DNA of 64,000 nt, from assembly GCA_000990355.1 (NCBI GenBank), contig LBSX01000003.1, positions 21,489 to 85,488 on the forward strand, given 5' to 3'. The translations under genes and the position numbers were made by a program. Source of the DNA: Candidatus Magasanikbacteria bacterium GW2011_GWC2_37_14 (GTDB lineage: Bacteria > Patescibacteriota > Patescibacteriia > Magasanikbacterales > UBA922). Positions 27,504 through 39,000 of the stretch are shown one piece after another. A model generated the notes under the pieces. The model ran no database searches. It was not told where the DNA came from and saw only the letters and a list, made by a program, of their open reading frames with translations. Each line of letters begins with the position of its first letter. The first letter of the stretch is position 1.

Positions 27504-28196
27504 ATGAACATTATTGAAAAAGAAAAAGCATTGGATTACTTGCGATCTGGTAAAATAATTATTTTTCCTACCGAAACCTCGTACGGTCTTGGTTGTGATG
27601 CGACCAATCAACAAGCAGTAGATAAAATTTTTAAAATAAAAGGCCGTCGTGGTGACAAACCTCTTTTAGTAATAGTGCCGACAATAGAAATGGCCAAAGA
27701 ATATTTGGAGTGGAATGATTTGTTGGAAAAGATTGCGACAAAATATTGGTTTACCCGCCGAAGCCCTAGCGAAGGCGGGCCTGGTCCACTGACTGTGGTG
27801 GGCATGTCATTGCGAGGAAGCCGGTTCGCATCGGCTGACGAAGCAATCCCAATGGGATCGCCACACCCCTTACTGCGTGGGGTTCGCGATGACAGACTCG
27901 CCAGTGGCGTGGTGTCTAAAGATAAAACTATTGCCGTTCGTGTTACTAATGCCGAGATACCAAAATATTTATCCGAACAATTAGGCAGGCCAGTAGTAGC
28001 GACTTCGGCAAATTTGGCAGATCTAGGTGATGTTTACAGTGGCGAAGAGCTAATAAAAATGTATGAAGGACGAGAAATTCAACCAGATGCAATTATTAAT
28101 GCTGGAATTTTACCATCAAATCCACCAACGACGATTGTAAGTGTAGTTGGGGGAGAGTTGAAAGTATTACGGCAGGGTGAAGTGAAAGTCGTTTAA
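27504..28196 (+). CDS. tsaC: L-threonylcarbamoyladenylate synthase TsaC (YrdC/Sua5 family); ATG at 27504 preferred over the TTG at 27495
   Basis: LRSGKIIIFPTETSYGLGCDATN...KIFKIKGRRGDKPLLV...GPGPLTVV; carries the in-frame palindromic insertion. Confidence 0.75.
   Translation: MNIIEKEKALDYLRSGKIIIFPTETSYGLGCDATNQQAVDKIFKIKGRRGDKPLLVIVPTIEMAKEYLEWNDLLEKIATKYWFTRRSPSEGGPGPLTVVGMSLRGSRFASADEAIPMGSPHPLLRGVRDDRLASGVVSKDKTIAVRVTNAEIPKYLSEQLGRPVVATSANLADLGDVYSGEELIKMYEGREIQPDAIINAGILPSNPPTTIVSVVGGELKVLRQGEVKVV
27806..27893. repeat. in-frame GC-rich palindromic element (gtcattgcgaggaagccggttcgcatcggctgacgaagcaatccca ... cgcgatgac) inside tsaC
   Basis: Near-identical to 31577-31681; encodes MSLRGSRFASADEAIPMGSPHPLLRGVRDD between the conserved PGPLTVV and IAVRV segments. 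Confidence 0.65.
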
Positions 28197-28199
28197 CTG

Positions 28200-28320
28200 A
28201 ATCCTCCTGGAGTTTATCCCGTACCAGGTTACGGGGAAGGAGGAGTACCCCGACTGCGACGTCGGGGGCAGAAGGCGTTCGTTTTCCTCCCCTTTATAAG
28301 GGGAGGATTAAGGAGGGGTA
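28200..28320. repeat. cluster of GC-rich hairpins (ccccgactgcgacgtcgggg; cctcccc-tttataa-ggggagg) upstream of the DUF559 gene
   Basis: Palindromes seen directly; mirrored by a similar cluster downstream of the gene. Confidence 0.5.
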
Positions 28321-28322
28321 GT

Positions 28323-28688
28323 ATGACAGATTTATACAACAAAAAAGAATATACATTCATTAGACGTAAACTAAGAAAAGAAACACCTAAAGGGGAACAA
28401 ATACTCTGGCAGAAATTAAGACGTAAAACATTGGGTTGTAAATTCCGTCGTCAGTATGGTATTGGTAAGTATGTAGTGGACTTTTACTGTCAAGAATTAC
28501 GTTTAGCAATAGAAGTAGATGGTATTACGCACGAAGATAAAGCAGACTACGAAAAAGAAAGAAATCAATTTTTAAAATGTAAAAACATAAAAGTATTACA
28601 TTTTCGTAGTGAAGAAATATTTTACAATTTAGATAACCTTGTTGAAGGCTTGTATAATCTCTGTGAAGAACTTAAAACTAAACTTTAA
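28323..28688 (+). CDS. DUF559 (Vsr-like endonuclease fold) protein
   Basis: ILWQKLRRKTLGCKFRRQYGIGKYVVDFYCQELRLAIEVDGITH matches the DUF559 core; strong SD AAGGAGGGG. Confidence 0.7.
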   Translation: MTDLYNKKEYTFIRRKLRKETPKGEQILWQKLRRKTLGCKFRRQYGIGKYVVDFYCQELRLAIEVDGITHEDKADYEKERNQFLKCKNIKVLHFRSEEIFYNLDNLVEGLYNLCEELKTKL

Positions 28689-28689
28689 A

Positions 28690-28795
28690 CCTTACCCCCA
28701 CCTAGCCTCCCCCTTATAAAGGGGGAGGAAACCACCCCGTCTCCGACCTGCGAAGGTCGGAGACACCCCTCCTTACGAAGGAGGGGTCAGACACT
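28690..28795. repeat. cluster of GC-rich hairpins (cctccccc-ttataaa-gggggagg; gtctccgacc-tgcgaa-ggtcggagac; cccctcctt-acgaa-ggaggggt) downstream of the DUF559 gene
   Basis: Three perfect or near-perfect palindromes at 28706-28728, 28739-28764 and 28766-28786. Confidence 0.5.
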
Positions 28796-30040
28796 GTGTG
28801 TGATTTATTACACTATAAAAATGTAAACCTTGTGTTAGAAAATAGAACACAAAATTTAAAAAAAAACTTTGGTCGCATGTTTTGGATGCAAGCTTTGCAA
28901 AATATTAGTGCTTCTAATTTGATAATTACTTTATTTTATTTGCACCGTGGGTTATCTTTGGCCCAGGTTTTTTATTTATCCATTATTTGGTCTATTACCA
29001 ATTTAGTATTTGAAGTTCCTTCTAGTTATTTAGCAGATTATTGGGGTCGTAAAAAAACTCTTATTTTGGGTATTGTTTTAGGCGGTTTTGGTGATCTTTT
29101 GCTTATTTTTTCACATAGTTTTGCTTTGTTTGCCATTGCCATGTTTTTTATTTCTTTGTGCTTTGCCATGTTTTCGGGAACAGACGAAGCATTGGTTTAT
29201 GATACTGCCAAAGAATTAGGTAGTGAAGAGAAAACTTTAGGTCATTTGGGAAGATATTTTTCTGCACGTACTTTTTTAAAAATTGGTATGCCACTATTAG
29301 CGGCTTTTTTGGCTAAAGATTTATTTGATTGGCAGTTTGTTTCGTTGATTTTGGTTGATTTGACAGCGGGTATTTTATCTTTATTGTTTGCTTGGTTTTT
29401 AGTAGAACCAAAACATTATTTTAAGGTAGAAGAACATGAAGGTCATATCTTAAAAGATGCAGTTAAATTAATTAAAACAGATACAGTGTTGGTGAAAGCT
29501 TTGTTAACTCGCACTGTATTTTTTATTGCCATGTTCATTCTTTGGCGTTTTCATTTACCTTACCTGTTAAGTATTGGTATTACGATATTGCCAATTGGCA
29601 TTATGTGGTCAACAGTACATTTAGTTAATTTTTTGATTAATGTATTTATAATTAAAAAAATTGCTCATAAAAAAGTAATGTCCCGAATAAATAATATTAA
29701 TTTTATAGTTGTTTTAGTAATTTTGCTTGAAGTGGTCTTTATATATTTTGGATTTAATAAATGGTGTATACTATTGGGGTTGGGTTTAGTTTTCTTTTTT
29801 GAATCTTCTCGTTGGCCACTATATTCTCAATTGTACAATGAAAGAAGCTATTCTTTTAATCGTGCTACCACACTTTCATTGGCTAATTTTTTGAAAAGTG
29901 TTTTGGATATACCAGTGTTGTTTGTTGGTTCGATTCTAGTGGGTGTTAGTCCTTTTTATCCTTTTGTATTTTCTTTTATTTTAGTTTTGATGTTTTATGT
30001 TGGAGCAAGATTTTCCAAAAATGATATCCGCACTGTCTAA
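28796..30040 (+). CDS. MFS-type transporter-like polytopic membrane protein (true start probably the internal ATG near 28877)
   Basis: About 12 hydrophobic segments; motif YLADYWGRKKTLILG (MFS loop 2-3-like). Confidence 0.45.
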   Translation: MCDLLHYKNVNLVLENRTQNLKKNFGRMFWMQALQNISASNLIITLFYLHRGLSLAQVFYLSIIWSITNLVFEVPSSYLADYWGRKKTLILGIVLGGFGDLLLIFSHSFALFAIAMFFISLCFAMFSGTDEALVYDTAKELGSEEKTLGHLGRYFSARTFLKIGMPLLAAFLAKDLFDWQFVSLILVDLTAGILSLLFAWFLVEPKHYFKVEEHEGHILKDAVKLIKTDTVLVKALLTRTVFFIAMFILWRFHLPYLLSIGITILPIGIMWSTVHLVNFLINVFIIKKIAHKKVMSRINNINFIVVLVILLEVVFIYFGFNKWCILLGLGLVFFFESSRWPLYSQLYNERSYSFNRATTLSLANFLKSVLDIPVLFVGSILVGVSPFYPFVFSFILVLMFYVGARFSKNDIRTV

Positions 30041-31151
30041 AAACATATATCTAATAATTTTTTTGGTTATTTCATTAATGGCTGGATTTTTGATAACTTG
30101 GCAGTGGCTAGAAACAAGCACTGCTCAGTCATTGGCCATATTATCTTTAGAAGAAATCAAGTCACCACTCCGAGCCAAGGCAGATTTGAAAACTGTAAAA
30201 GCATTATATTTAACAGCTTATTCTGCTGGTAACCCAAAGAAATTAGCTGAGATTATTGATTTAATAAACAAAACCGAGTTGAATGCGGTAGTAATTGATA
30301 TAAAAGATTATTCGGGAAAAGTATTATACAATAGTAATTTGGAATGGGTAAAAAGGTTTGAAGCTAGAGAAAACCGTTTGGGAAATGTACGGGAAGTAAT
30401 TCAAAAATTACATGATAATAAAATATATGTAATTGCTCGTCTTACTGTTTTTCAAGACCCACTATTGGCAAGTAAAAAACCTGAGTGGGCCATAAAATCC
30501 AAAAACGATGGATTGTGGCAAGATAACAAAGGTTTAAATTGGGTAGATCCTACCCGTGTAGAAGTTTGGAATTATAATTTGGCCATTGCCAAAGAAGCTA
30601 TTGGTTTTGGTTTTGATGAAATTAATTTTGATTATGTGCGTTTTCCTTCGGATGGAGATATGAGTTTGGTAGTTTATAATAATGGCGATGAACCAAAATA
30701 TCAAACAATGAAGCGTTTTTATACTTTTTTACGTGAGCATCTAAATAATTATCCAGCTTGGATTTCACTAGATATGTTTGGTTATGTTATGGAACGTACT
30801 GATGATTTGCGTATTGGTCAACGCTTGGTAGACGCGGTAGATTCGGCAGATTTTATTTGTCCAATGATGTACCCTTCACACTATTCTAGAAATTCTTTTG
30901 GGGTAGAAAAACCCGCCGAAATTCCTGGAATAATTATTGATAATGGTATGAAAAAGGGAATGCCGACTTTTGTTAATAAGCGCGCCAAGGTACGTCCTTG
31001 GTTACAAGCTTTTGATTTGGGGGCAGTGTATAGCGATGGCATAAAGATTCGCGAGCAAATTGATGCAGTAGAAAAATATAGTGATGCGGGGTGGCTTTTG
31101 TGGAATGCCAGTAATAGATATACGTCAGCTGGATTAAAGATAGAGTGGTAA
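30021..31151 (+). CDS. putative TIM-barrel glycoside-hydrolase-like protein (GHL/DUF4015-like) with an N-terminal anchor
   Basis: N-terminal TM; NAVVIDIKDYSGKV..., GLNWVDP, FGFDEINFDYVRFP are reminiscent of GHL15-type proteins. This is recall-based and the confidence is low. Confidence 0.35.
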   Translation: MISALSKNIYLIIFLVISLMAGFLITWQWLETSTAQSLAILSLEEIKSPLRAKADLKTVKALYLTAYSAGNPKKLAEIIDLINKTELNAVVIDIKDYSGKVLYNSNLEWVKRFEARENRLGNVREVIQKLHDNKIYVIARLTVFQDPLLASKKPEWAIKSKNDGLWQDNKGLNWVDPTRVEVWNYNLAIAKEAIGFGFDEINFDYVRFPSDGDMSLVVYNNGDEPKYQTMKRFYTFLREHLNNYPAWISLDMFGYVMERTDDLRIGQRLVDAVDSADFICPMMYPSHYSRNSFGVEKPAEIPGIIIDNGMKKGMPTFVNKRAKVRPWLQAFDLGAVYSDGIKIREQIDAVEKYSDAGWLLWNASNRYTSAGLKIEW

Positions 31152-31260
31152 TTTTCAATAATCAATTTACAATTTACAACAAATTTTCATTTAGATAATT
31201 TTCAATGTCAATGATAATTGAAAATTGGTTATTGATTGAAAATTGTGAATTGTAAATTGA
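31151..31260. repeat. repeat family C copy
   Basis: taattttcaataatcaatttacaatttacaacaaatt ... aattgtgaattgtaaattga. Confidence 0.65.
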
Positions 31261-31277
31261 TAATTATTTATTATTTT

Positions 31278-32264
31278 ATGCGTCTTACTCCAACAAAATT
31301 AAAAGAGCTTTGTGAGCAATATGATCTTTCTCCAAGCAAAAAATATGGTCAAAATTTTTTGATTCAAGAACATCCAATTAAAAAAATGTTTGAAGCGGCA
31401 GAAATAAATAAAAACGACCTAGTAGTTGAAATTGGACCAGGTTTTGGAATATTAACTTTTGCTTTGGCAGAAAAAGCCAAAAAAGTAATTGCTTTTGAAA
31501 TTGAAAAAAAGATTGAAAATTATTGGCAAGAAAATAAACCAGAAAATGTGGAAATTATTTGGGGGAATGCGCTCATGTCATTGCGAGGAAGCCGATTCGC
31601 ATCGGCTGACGAAGCAATCCCAAGTTTAGTGAAGAGTGCAAAGGGATTGCCACACCTCGCTCGGGCGGGGTTCGCAATGACAGGTTACAAAGTAATCGCC
31701 AATGTACCGTATCAAATTACTTCGGATTTAATTAGAACTTTATTGGAATTAGAAAATAAGCCTGAGAGCATTACGATTATGGTGCAAAAAGAAGTTGCTG
31801 AGCGTATTTGTGCCCAAGCTGGAGAAATGAGTTTGTTGGCAATTTCAGTACAATATTATGGCGAAGTAAAAACTGTGGCAATTGTAACACGAGGAAATTT
31901 TTGGCCAGAACCAAAGGTGGATTCGGCAATATTGCACATTAAAGTGAGACAACAACCCCCTTGTTCCCCCTTTATTAAGGGGGAAACCAACAAACCCTGT
32001 TTAATTCCCCCCTTGGTAAAGGGGGGTAGGGGGGATATTGACCAAGAACAATTTTTTAAGATTGTTAAAACTGGTTTTTCACAAAAGCGTAAACAATTGT
32101 GGAGCAATCTAAGCAAAGGTCTTAAAATAGAGGGTGAAATGGTAAAAAAAGTGCTTTTGGAAGTGGTTGGCAATGATAAAGTAAGAGCAGAGGAATTGGG
32201 AGTAGAGGAGTGGAAAGAAATTACCACGCGGTTATCCACAACGTCAAAAGAAAAATTGCTGTAA
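31278..32264 (+). CDS. rsmA: 16S rRNA (adenine1518/1519-N6)-dimethyltransferase RsmA/KsgA with two in-frame GC-rich insertions
   Basis: YGQNFL, VVEIGPGFGILT, ANVPYQITS, PKVDSAIL, FSQKRKQL. Confidence 0.8.
   Translation: MRLTPTKLKELCEQYDLSPSKKYGQNFLIQEHPIKKMFEAAEINKNDLVVEIGPGFGILTFALAEKAKKVIAFEIEKKIENYWQENKPENVEIIWGNALMSLRGSRFASADEAIPSLVKSAKGLPHLARAGFAMTGYKVIANVPYQITSDLIRTLLELENKPESITIMVQKEVAERICAQAGEMSLLAISVQYYGEVKTVAIVTRGNFWPEPKVDSAILHIKVRQQPPCSPFIKGETNKPCLIPPLVKGGRGDIDQEQFFKIVKTGFSQKRKQLWSNLSKGLKIEGEMVKKVLLEVVGNDKVRAEELGVEEWKEITTRLSTTSKEKLL
31577..31681. repeat. in-frame 105-bp GC-rich palindromic element (gtcattgcgaggaagccgattcgc ... ggttcgcaatgac) inside rsmA
   Basis: Terminal inverted repeats gtcattgcg / cgcaatgac; the length is exactly 35 codons; inserted between the GNAL and ANVPY segments, where homologues have about 15-20 aa. 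Confidence 0.7.
31955..32036. repeat. second in-frame GC-rich insertion in rsmA containing hairpins ccccc-tttatta-aggggg and cccccc-ttggtaaa-gggggg
   Basis: Encodes PPCSPFIKGETNKPCLIPPLVKGGRG; the hairpin motif resembles those flanking the DUF559 gene. Confidence 0.5.
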
Positions 32265-32309
32265 AGCAATTTTTTTGTTATAATAAGGCCATTAAACGGT
32301 TTAGGTTTT

Positions 32310-33014
32310 ATGCCTGAAAACCAAGAAAAAAAAAGTCTTACCAAAACACAAAAGACAGGGTTTGTCTTATTGTTAATTTTTGCTGTTTTAACAATTGGAT
32401 TAGGTGGTTTACAATTGCGTAATACAATCTACAGTCCTTTTGTCTTAAAACTTTCTGGCCCTGATTCTAGTTTACAATTATTAAATGACGAACAAACTCG
32501 TTTGCAAAGTATAGACACAGATCACGATGGTTTAAATGATTGGGAAGAATTAAATTATTACGAAACTAGTCCTTATTTACCAGACACAGATTCTGATGGC
32601 ATAAATGATAAGACAGAAATAGATAATGGCGATAATCCTCTTTGCGCCAAAGGAGAAGCTTGTGAATCCAGTACTGCCGAATCAGTTGTTGGTGAAGAAC
32701 CAATTACTTCGGCAATTGCTGCTACTGGTGTTACGCCAACCGATGTTATAAATTCTTCTGGTCTTTCTGGCTTTACGGAAGGTGGCGAAGAATTTTCTGC
32801 TTTATTGGCTGCCCTAGAAGATCCACCAAAATTGCGTGAATTATTATTAAAGTCTGGTAGTATTACAGTCGAGCAATTATCAAAAGTAGATGATGCTACT
32901 TTGGTAAAAACTGCCAAAGAATTATTACAAAATCAAATGCAACCTAATAATGAGGTTGTAAATACACCAAGTTCAAATACTTCCACTTTAAATACCACTT
33001 CTACTTTGCCGTAA
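32310..33014 (+). CDS. membrane-anchored protein with thrombospondin-type-3/dockerin-like Ca-binding repeats
   Basis: N-terminal TM; DTDHDGLNDWEE, DTDSDGINDKTEIDNGDNP. Confidence 0.45.
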   Translation: MPENQEKKSLTKTQKTGFVLLLIFAVLTIGLGGLQLRNTIYSPFVLKLSGPDSSLQLLNDEQTRLQSIDTDHDGLNDWEELNYYETSPYLPDTDSDGINDKTEIDNGDNPLCAKGEACESSTAESVVGEEPITSAIAATGVTPTDVINSSGLSGFTEGGEEFSALLAALEDPPKLRELLLKSGSITVEQLSKVDDATLVKTAKELLQNQMQPNNEVVNTPSSNTSTLNTTSTLP

Positions 33015-33017
33015 TTT

Positions 33018-36000
33018 ATGTTTATTTTACACAAAACAAAAAAGTCCCTGTTAGTTATCTTAATAAGTATTTTTATTTGTGTACAACTGTTTGGAGTTTT
33101 GGCTTTTGCCAAACCGGCCAATGCCCAAATGGATTCGGCCATTACTGCAGCTTTTAGTGGCAAATGGACTTGGGAACAAGTTGGTAATTCTTTGTTGGCA
33201 GCTTCATTAGGTGCTTTGGTAAATGGCATGTCTTATTTTATGCGTAAAATGGCTTATGATACTGCCATGTATGTGTCTTCTGGTGGTAAAGGAAAAGGGG
33301 CTTTGGCTTTTAAACAAGGTCCAGCAAAATATTTTGAAAATGTAGCCAAAGATGCTGCAGCTAGTGCCATTGAAGTTTTTGGTGAACCATTTGGTTTAAA
33401 TTTATGTCAAACTCCAGATTTAAGAGTACAAGTTTATTTGCAAGTAGGTTTGCGTAACATGTATGGAGATGGTGGTGGTGGCCAAACCGGCCCACAACCA
33501 AGATGCGATTGGAATAAATTAAGCAATTCTTGGTCTGGTGAAGCTTTTGAAAGTAAATATGGCCCAGGTGGCAGAAAGTTTTTGGCCGAAACTTTTTCTA
33601 ATTCCTTAAGAGTAGAAGACACTGATTTTGGTATAGCTCTTGGAGCTATGGGTAAAATAGACAGAATTAAAGCCAATGCCGAAGCTGGAGCTGCTACTGA
33701 AAGAATTGAAGGTCAGGGCTACAAAGCTTTAACTGGTTTAATTACTGGTAATGTTAAGACTCCAGCTCAAATAATTAAAACTGAAACCGAGGCAATTACT
33801 GCCAAAAATCAAACAGATTTAAGTGCCAAACAAATTGCTGGCATCTATGGTTCTGGAGCTTTACAAATAATTCCCATGGGTGCTTCGGTTTTTATCAACA
33901 CCCTAACTGGTCAACTTTTAAATAAATTAATGAGTGCGGCACAAGGTTTGTTTAGTGACGACAGTGGAGAAGAAAGTACCGACGGTGGCACAACTAATTT
34001 TTTTGCTCAATATGTGCAAGATACTCGTAAAGCCGCAGCCCAAGCTTTTAATTTTTTGTATACAGCAGTACCGCAAAAACAATTAAATACTTACGATATT
34101 ATTTCAGAATTTGCGGCTTGCCCAGATAGTCCCTCTCTAAATAATTGTGTAATTGACACCCAATTACAACAAGCCATTGAGCGCGCCAAAAGCAACAAAC
34201 CTCTAACAATCAAAGAAGCCATGAGTGATACAGAAAAGTTATTAAATAAAAAAGGGTTTTTAATTTCTCCTCGTCGCGAAGTAGATAATACTAATTTTAA
34301 TTGTTATAAAAAAGGCTATTGTTATTCCAATTTACAAAAATTAAGAAAAGCCAGAATTTTGCCAATTGGTTTTGAGTTGGCCGCTTTAAAATCCGATCCC
34401 GATAATCCTTGGACTTTGGAACAAGTGGTAAATGGTTTTGAAGATTGCAAACGAGATGAAAATGGAGAGGCTATACCAGACGTAGGACATCCTTTTTGTC
34501 ATTTAATAGATCCTAATTGGATTATTCGTTCTCCAGAGGCTCATTGCGAGGCCAAAGTAAATGGCCCAATACTCGAAAGTCCAGATACTGCTCGCAGGCA
34601 AACAGAATGTGTAGATATTTCTACTTGTTTGGCAGAAAATGAAAATGGTACTTGTGCTTCACCGTTTAGTTATTGTTTGCGAGAAAAAAATATTTGGCAG
34701 ATTGGCGGGCAATCTTGTAATGATTATTATAGTACTTGTGACACTTATTTCGATAGTACAGGCAAAGCCGTGTCTTATCTTTCTCGTACTTTAGACTTTG
34801 GTGAGTGTAATTTGGATGCTGTTGGTTGTCGGGCTTACAGTTTGGAGCAAGGCGCTGGTGGTGTTTGGCAAAATAGTGAACAAATTATTTTTAATAATAA
34901 ATATTTAAGTCGTCCTCAAACCATATTCTTTAATAAAAATATTGATAATTATAGATGTGCCAATGCCAATGATGAAGGCTGTAGTGCTTTTAATGCCGTG
35001 GGTGCAGATAATTCTCGCGGTAGTTTAACTTATCTTAAAAAAGCTCCAGATTATTTAGGTTGTTACGATATAAATACTTCTACTGGTTCCGCAGTAATTA
35101 ATTGGCCAAAAACCAAAGTAGAATTAAGTTATTTAAATGATCGCTCCGAAAGTTGTAAAAATTTTGCCGGAGTTTGTTTGCCAGACGAATTAGGTTGTGA
35201 AAGTTATACTTCGGGCGATGGCGGGGTAGCTATACCAGGCATAATTGGCTCCAATTATTGTCGTCCTGAATGTGTAGGTTATGACACATACAAACAAGAA
35301 GCAACCAATTTTTCTTCCTCAACTTTTCCATTACATTTTATTCCTGGCAAGGGCACCAAATGTTTGCCACAAGAAGCTGGTTGTGAAGAATTTACCAATA
35401 TAGATACAGTAACCAAGGGTGGTGAAGGTTTGGAATATTATACAGATTTGCGTTATTGCGAAAGACCCGCGGCCAACAATCAAGAAACTTATTATTCTTG
35501 GCAAGGTTCGGCTACCGAGGGTTATGTTTTACGTACTCACAAACTTTTGCCAATAGACCCAGTAGAAGCTGGAATAATTAGCGGGTTGTCTGGTTTTGTG
35601 AGTTCTACTGTTGGTGCCAATGTTAAAAGCACTTTTGTCTCGAGTTCTCCAGCTTATGTAGATGATAGTGTAGAAGCATTAGAAAAAAATTATAATTTAT
35701 GCAATGCCACAAGTTACAATGTTTTAATTAATAATCCTTATAGTAAAGAAGCCAAGAGTGCCGACTGTCGAGCTTTGTACAATAAAAAAGGGGATGTTTA
35801 TTATCGTTTATTAGCCGAAACCGTTACTATTTCCGAAGCTTGCCATCCTTTGCGCAAGACCGAAAGTGAATTATATGTAGACCAAAATATTAGTGTTGCT
35901 AATTGTACTGCCAAAGGTGGCAAGGTAGAGAATAGCCAATGTTTGCGCTGTTATCGTGGTGGAAAACTAGATAGTACTGGTAATGCTTGTATTTATTGGA

Positions 36001-39000
36001 CAATTTCTAAGTCTGGTGAATCTGTTTCTTGTACACCAACAGCCAAAAGTTGTCGGGCCTATACTGGTAATACGGGCAATAATATAAAAGAAATATTATT
36101 TAATGGCGAAGATATTGTTACTTTTGAACCCACGAGTACCGACCCTGGAGCTTTGACTGCGGCAGCCGCTGGTTGGCTTGGTACCAAACAAGTGCGACCA
36201 GAATCAATTCAAGTTGGTCAATATTCTTTGGGTGTACAAGGAGAAATAAAATATGAATTTGCAAGTAACGTAATAGAAAGTAATTCTTGGTATGAATTAA
36301 GTTTTTGGGCCAAAGGTAATACCCAAAATTTAAATATTAGATTTTATGGCAAAAATGCCACTGGTGGTTTTGAAGAGAAGGGTGAATTTACTTATAACCC
36401 CTACGTCCAAGTAAGTGTACCGGCAACTGTGGGTGCTGAATGGCAAGAATATAGTTTGGGCCCAATTTTGTTTAAGGGGAATGGTGAAAAGGAAGTACGT
36501 TTGTCTTTTTCTAGCAATGTTACCAACAAAGAATATTATTTAGACAATATTCGTCTAACCAAAATACAAGATCATACCTATTTAATAAAAAATTCCTGGA
36601 AAACTGTAGAAGGTTACGATGTACCGTTAACCTGTGACAATGAACCTGCCGATGGTTTGCCGGGCGTGGCTTTGGGTTGTAAGGCTTATCGCGATTCACA
36701 GGGTACACCAATTAGCGCCACTGGTTTTGAAAAATTATGTCGCCCCGAAGCTGTAGGGTGTCAAGAATTTTATGATACCTTCAACACTCCCAATGAAATT
36801 ACCACTAGTAGTTATAATGTGTGGTGTAATGGAAATGTCCAAGGTGTGTGTAAATTAACTTCTAGTACTGTTGAACTTGGCAAATGTGAAGTGCCAGTAG
36901 GGCAAACAGGTTGTTTGGTAGACAAAATTGTGGTGCCCGAGGGTGTGGCTTTTCCTAGTGGTATTACCAATGCTTCGGTAGTTACTTCTACTATTATTAT
37001 TCCTGCCGATACTCCTATTGGCCAACAGATTTATTTAACCAACCGCAGGTCTTTTAAATGTTCGGAAAGCGCTCTTGGTTGTACCAAAGTAGCTTTGGAA
37101 TCTCGTACAGTATTGGGCTTAAATAATTCACCTTCACTCTATGATTTTTCCGAAACTTACCTAAAAAATAATCCTGCGAATTATAGTGAAACTCTTTGTG
37201 CTGATTCTTTGGTAGGTTGTCAAGAATTTAAATCAGGAAGTGATATTACTTATTTTAAAAATCCCGAAATTTTGGGCAGTGTGCAGTGTAATTATAAAAC
37301 TTTGGTAGACATTGCTGGTACCAAATATTCTGGCTGGTTTAGAGATGGTGTGGGCACTTGTATCAATAATGCCGATAAATTTTGTCGGGCAGATAAAGAT
37401 TGTGGCACAGGCACCGAAGCCAAATGTAATACCAAAGATCCAGTACCTTGCTATGAAAATTATGTACAAGCTGGCTCAAATTATGGTGTTTGGTCCAATA
37501 GTTCAGACAATTACAAAGGATTGGTGGGTATGTGCCCGGCCGCACAAAATGGTTGTACCGAATTAATTGATCCAGCCGATACTTCACAAAACAATCCCGA
37601 AGGCAAACCTTATTATATTATTTTTAATCGTGACGTAGAAAAGCGCACTGGTGAGTGCGAAGGTAAGGTAAGCTTAAAAGATGGCTGTGTGTTGTTTGAT
37701 CGTACCGATCTCCCCAACAAAATTTATAATGTTGCTGAAACATATAAAAATAGTGAAAATTTAACAGATAATAAATATGGTTCGGTAACTCCTTCGACTA
37801 CAGTGTCGGCTTTGGAACCAAAATTAAAAGCCAATTTAATTTTAAAAGTAGAACGTGACCGTCAATGCAGTGAATGGCTACAGTGTAAGAGTTATGCTGT
37901 AAATTATAACGAAAAAGGCCAACCAACCAATTTGTGTGAAGAATTCAAAAGATGTACACAGTTAAATGATCGTGGTGAATGTATTTCTTGGGTACCAGAA
38001 AATGATGAGTTATATTCTCAAACACTTACCGAAGATTTTTATGTGGGTCGTTCTACAAATTGGTATGCTGAAGATTTTTCGGGGTATAGTTTGCTCAACA
38101 AATATCAAATTGGCAGTTATGTATATTTAAAAATGGGTTTGCCAAATGAACCAACATTTTTGGCACACACGGTTGATGATCGAACAAGACCAGAAGGTGC
38201 TGCTGGTTGTACTGTAGCCTTGGGGGCACAGCCCGACAGCAAAGATGGAGATATTTGTGGTTTGGCCAATGGTGGGCGTTGTTGGCAAGGAAATTGTGTT
38301 TATCCACTTGAGGGATCTTTTACAGAAGAAGCAGTTAAAGCAACTTTTGCTAGTTATTTAGAACAAGGTTCTTGTAAAGCTTATCCCGAAAAAGAAAGTC
38401 CTTTTGAAGTTTATCAAGCTACAGAAGATTTTGGTGATACAGGTGCACCAAAACAATTATTTGGTGTAACAAGTACTATTAGTGGATCTAAGTTTAGATG
38501 GAATTACCCTGGTAGAAAAGATAGTTTTGGTAAAGTTAATATTTGTCAGGATTATAAAGATACAGATGGTAATAATTATAAGTGTTCTTGTGGTTATGTT
38601 AAAGTAACTTATAAAAATAATGTAACTGATTACTGGCCAGCAACCAACAAAATAGAAAGTATTTTACCAAAGGGTGTCTGTAGTGGTGGGTCTTTGGATG
38701 GCATTCCTTGTGATCCAGATTATGGTGACAAAAATCAATGTGGTGATGTTCTAGAAAATCCGGGTCAATGTAGTCGGATTACCGAAAGAACCCAAAGAAA
38801 TGGGCAAACTGGTTTTTGTTTGGAATATGATTTAAGTAGACCACTAGGCAAAGCAAACACAGATTTTAAAAAACAAACCTATGCTTGTCTCACTTGGTTG
38901 CCAGTAGAAGTTTCGGCTTCGGGAATAGACACTTACAATTATTATGAAAAAGCTGGTTATCACCCCGGCATAGACGCCAACGCTTCTCTTGGACAAGTTT

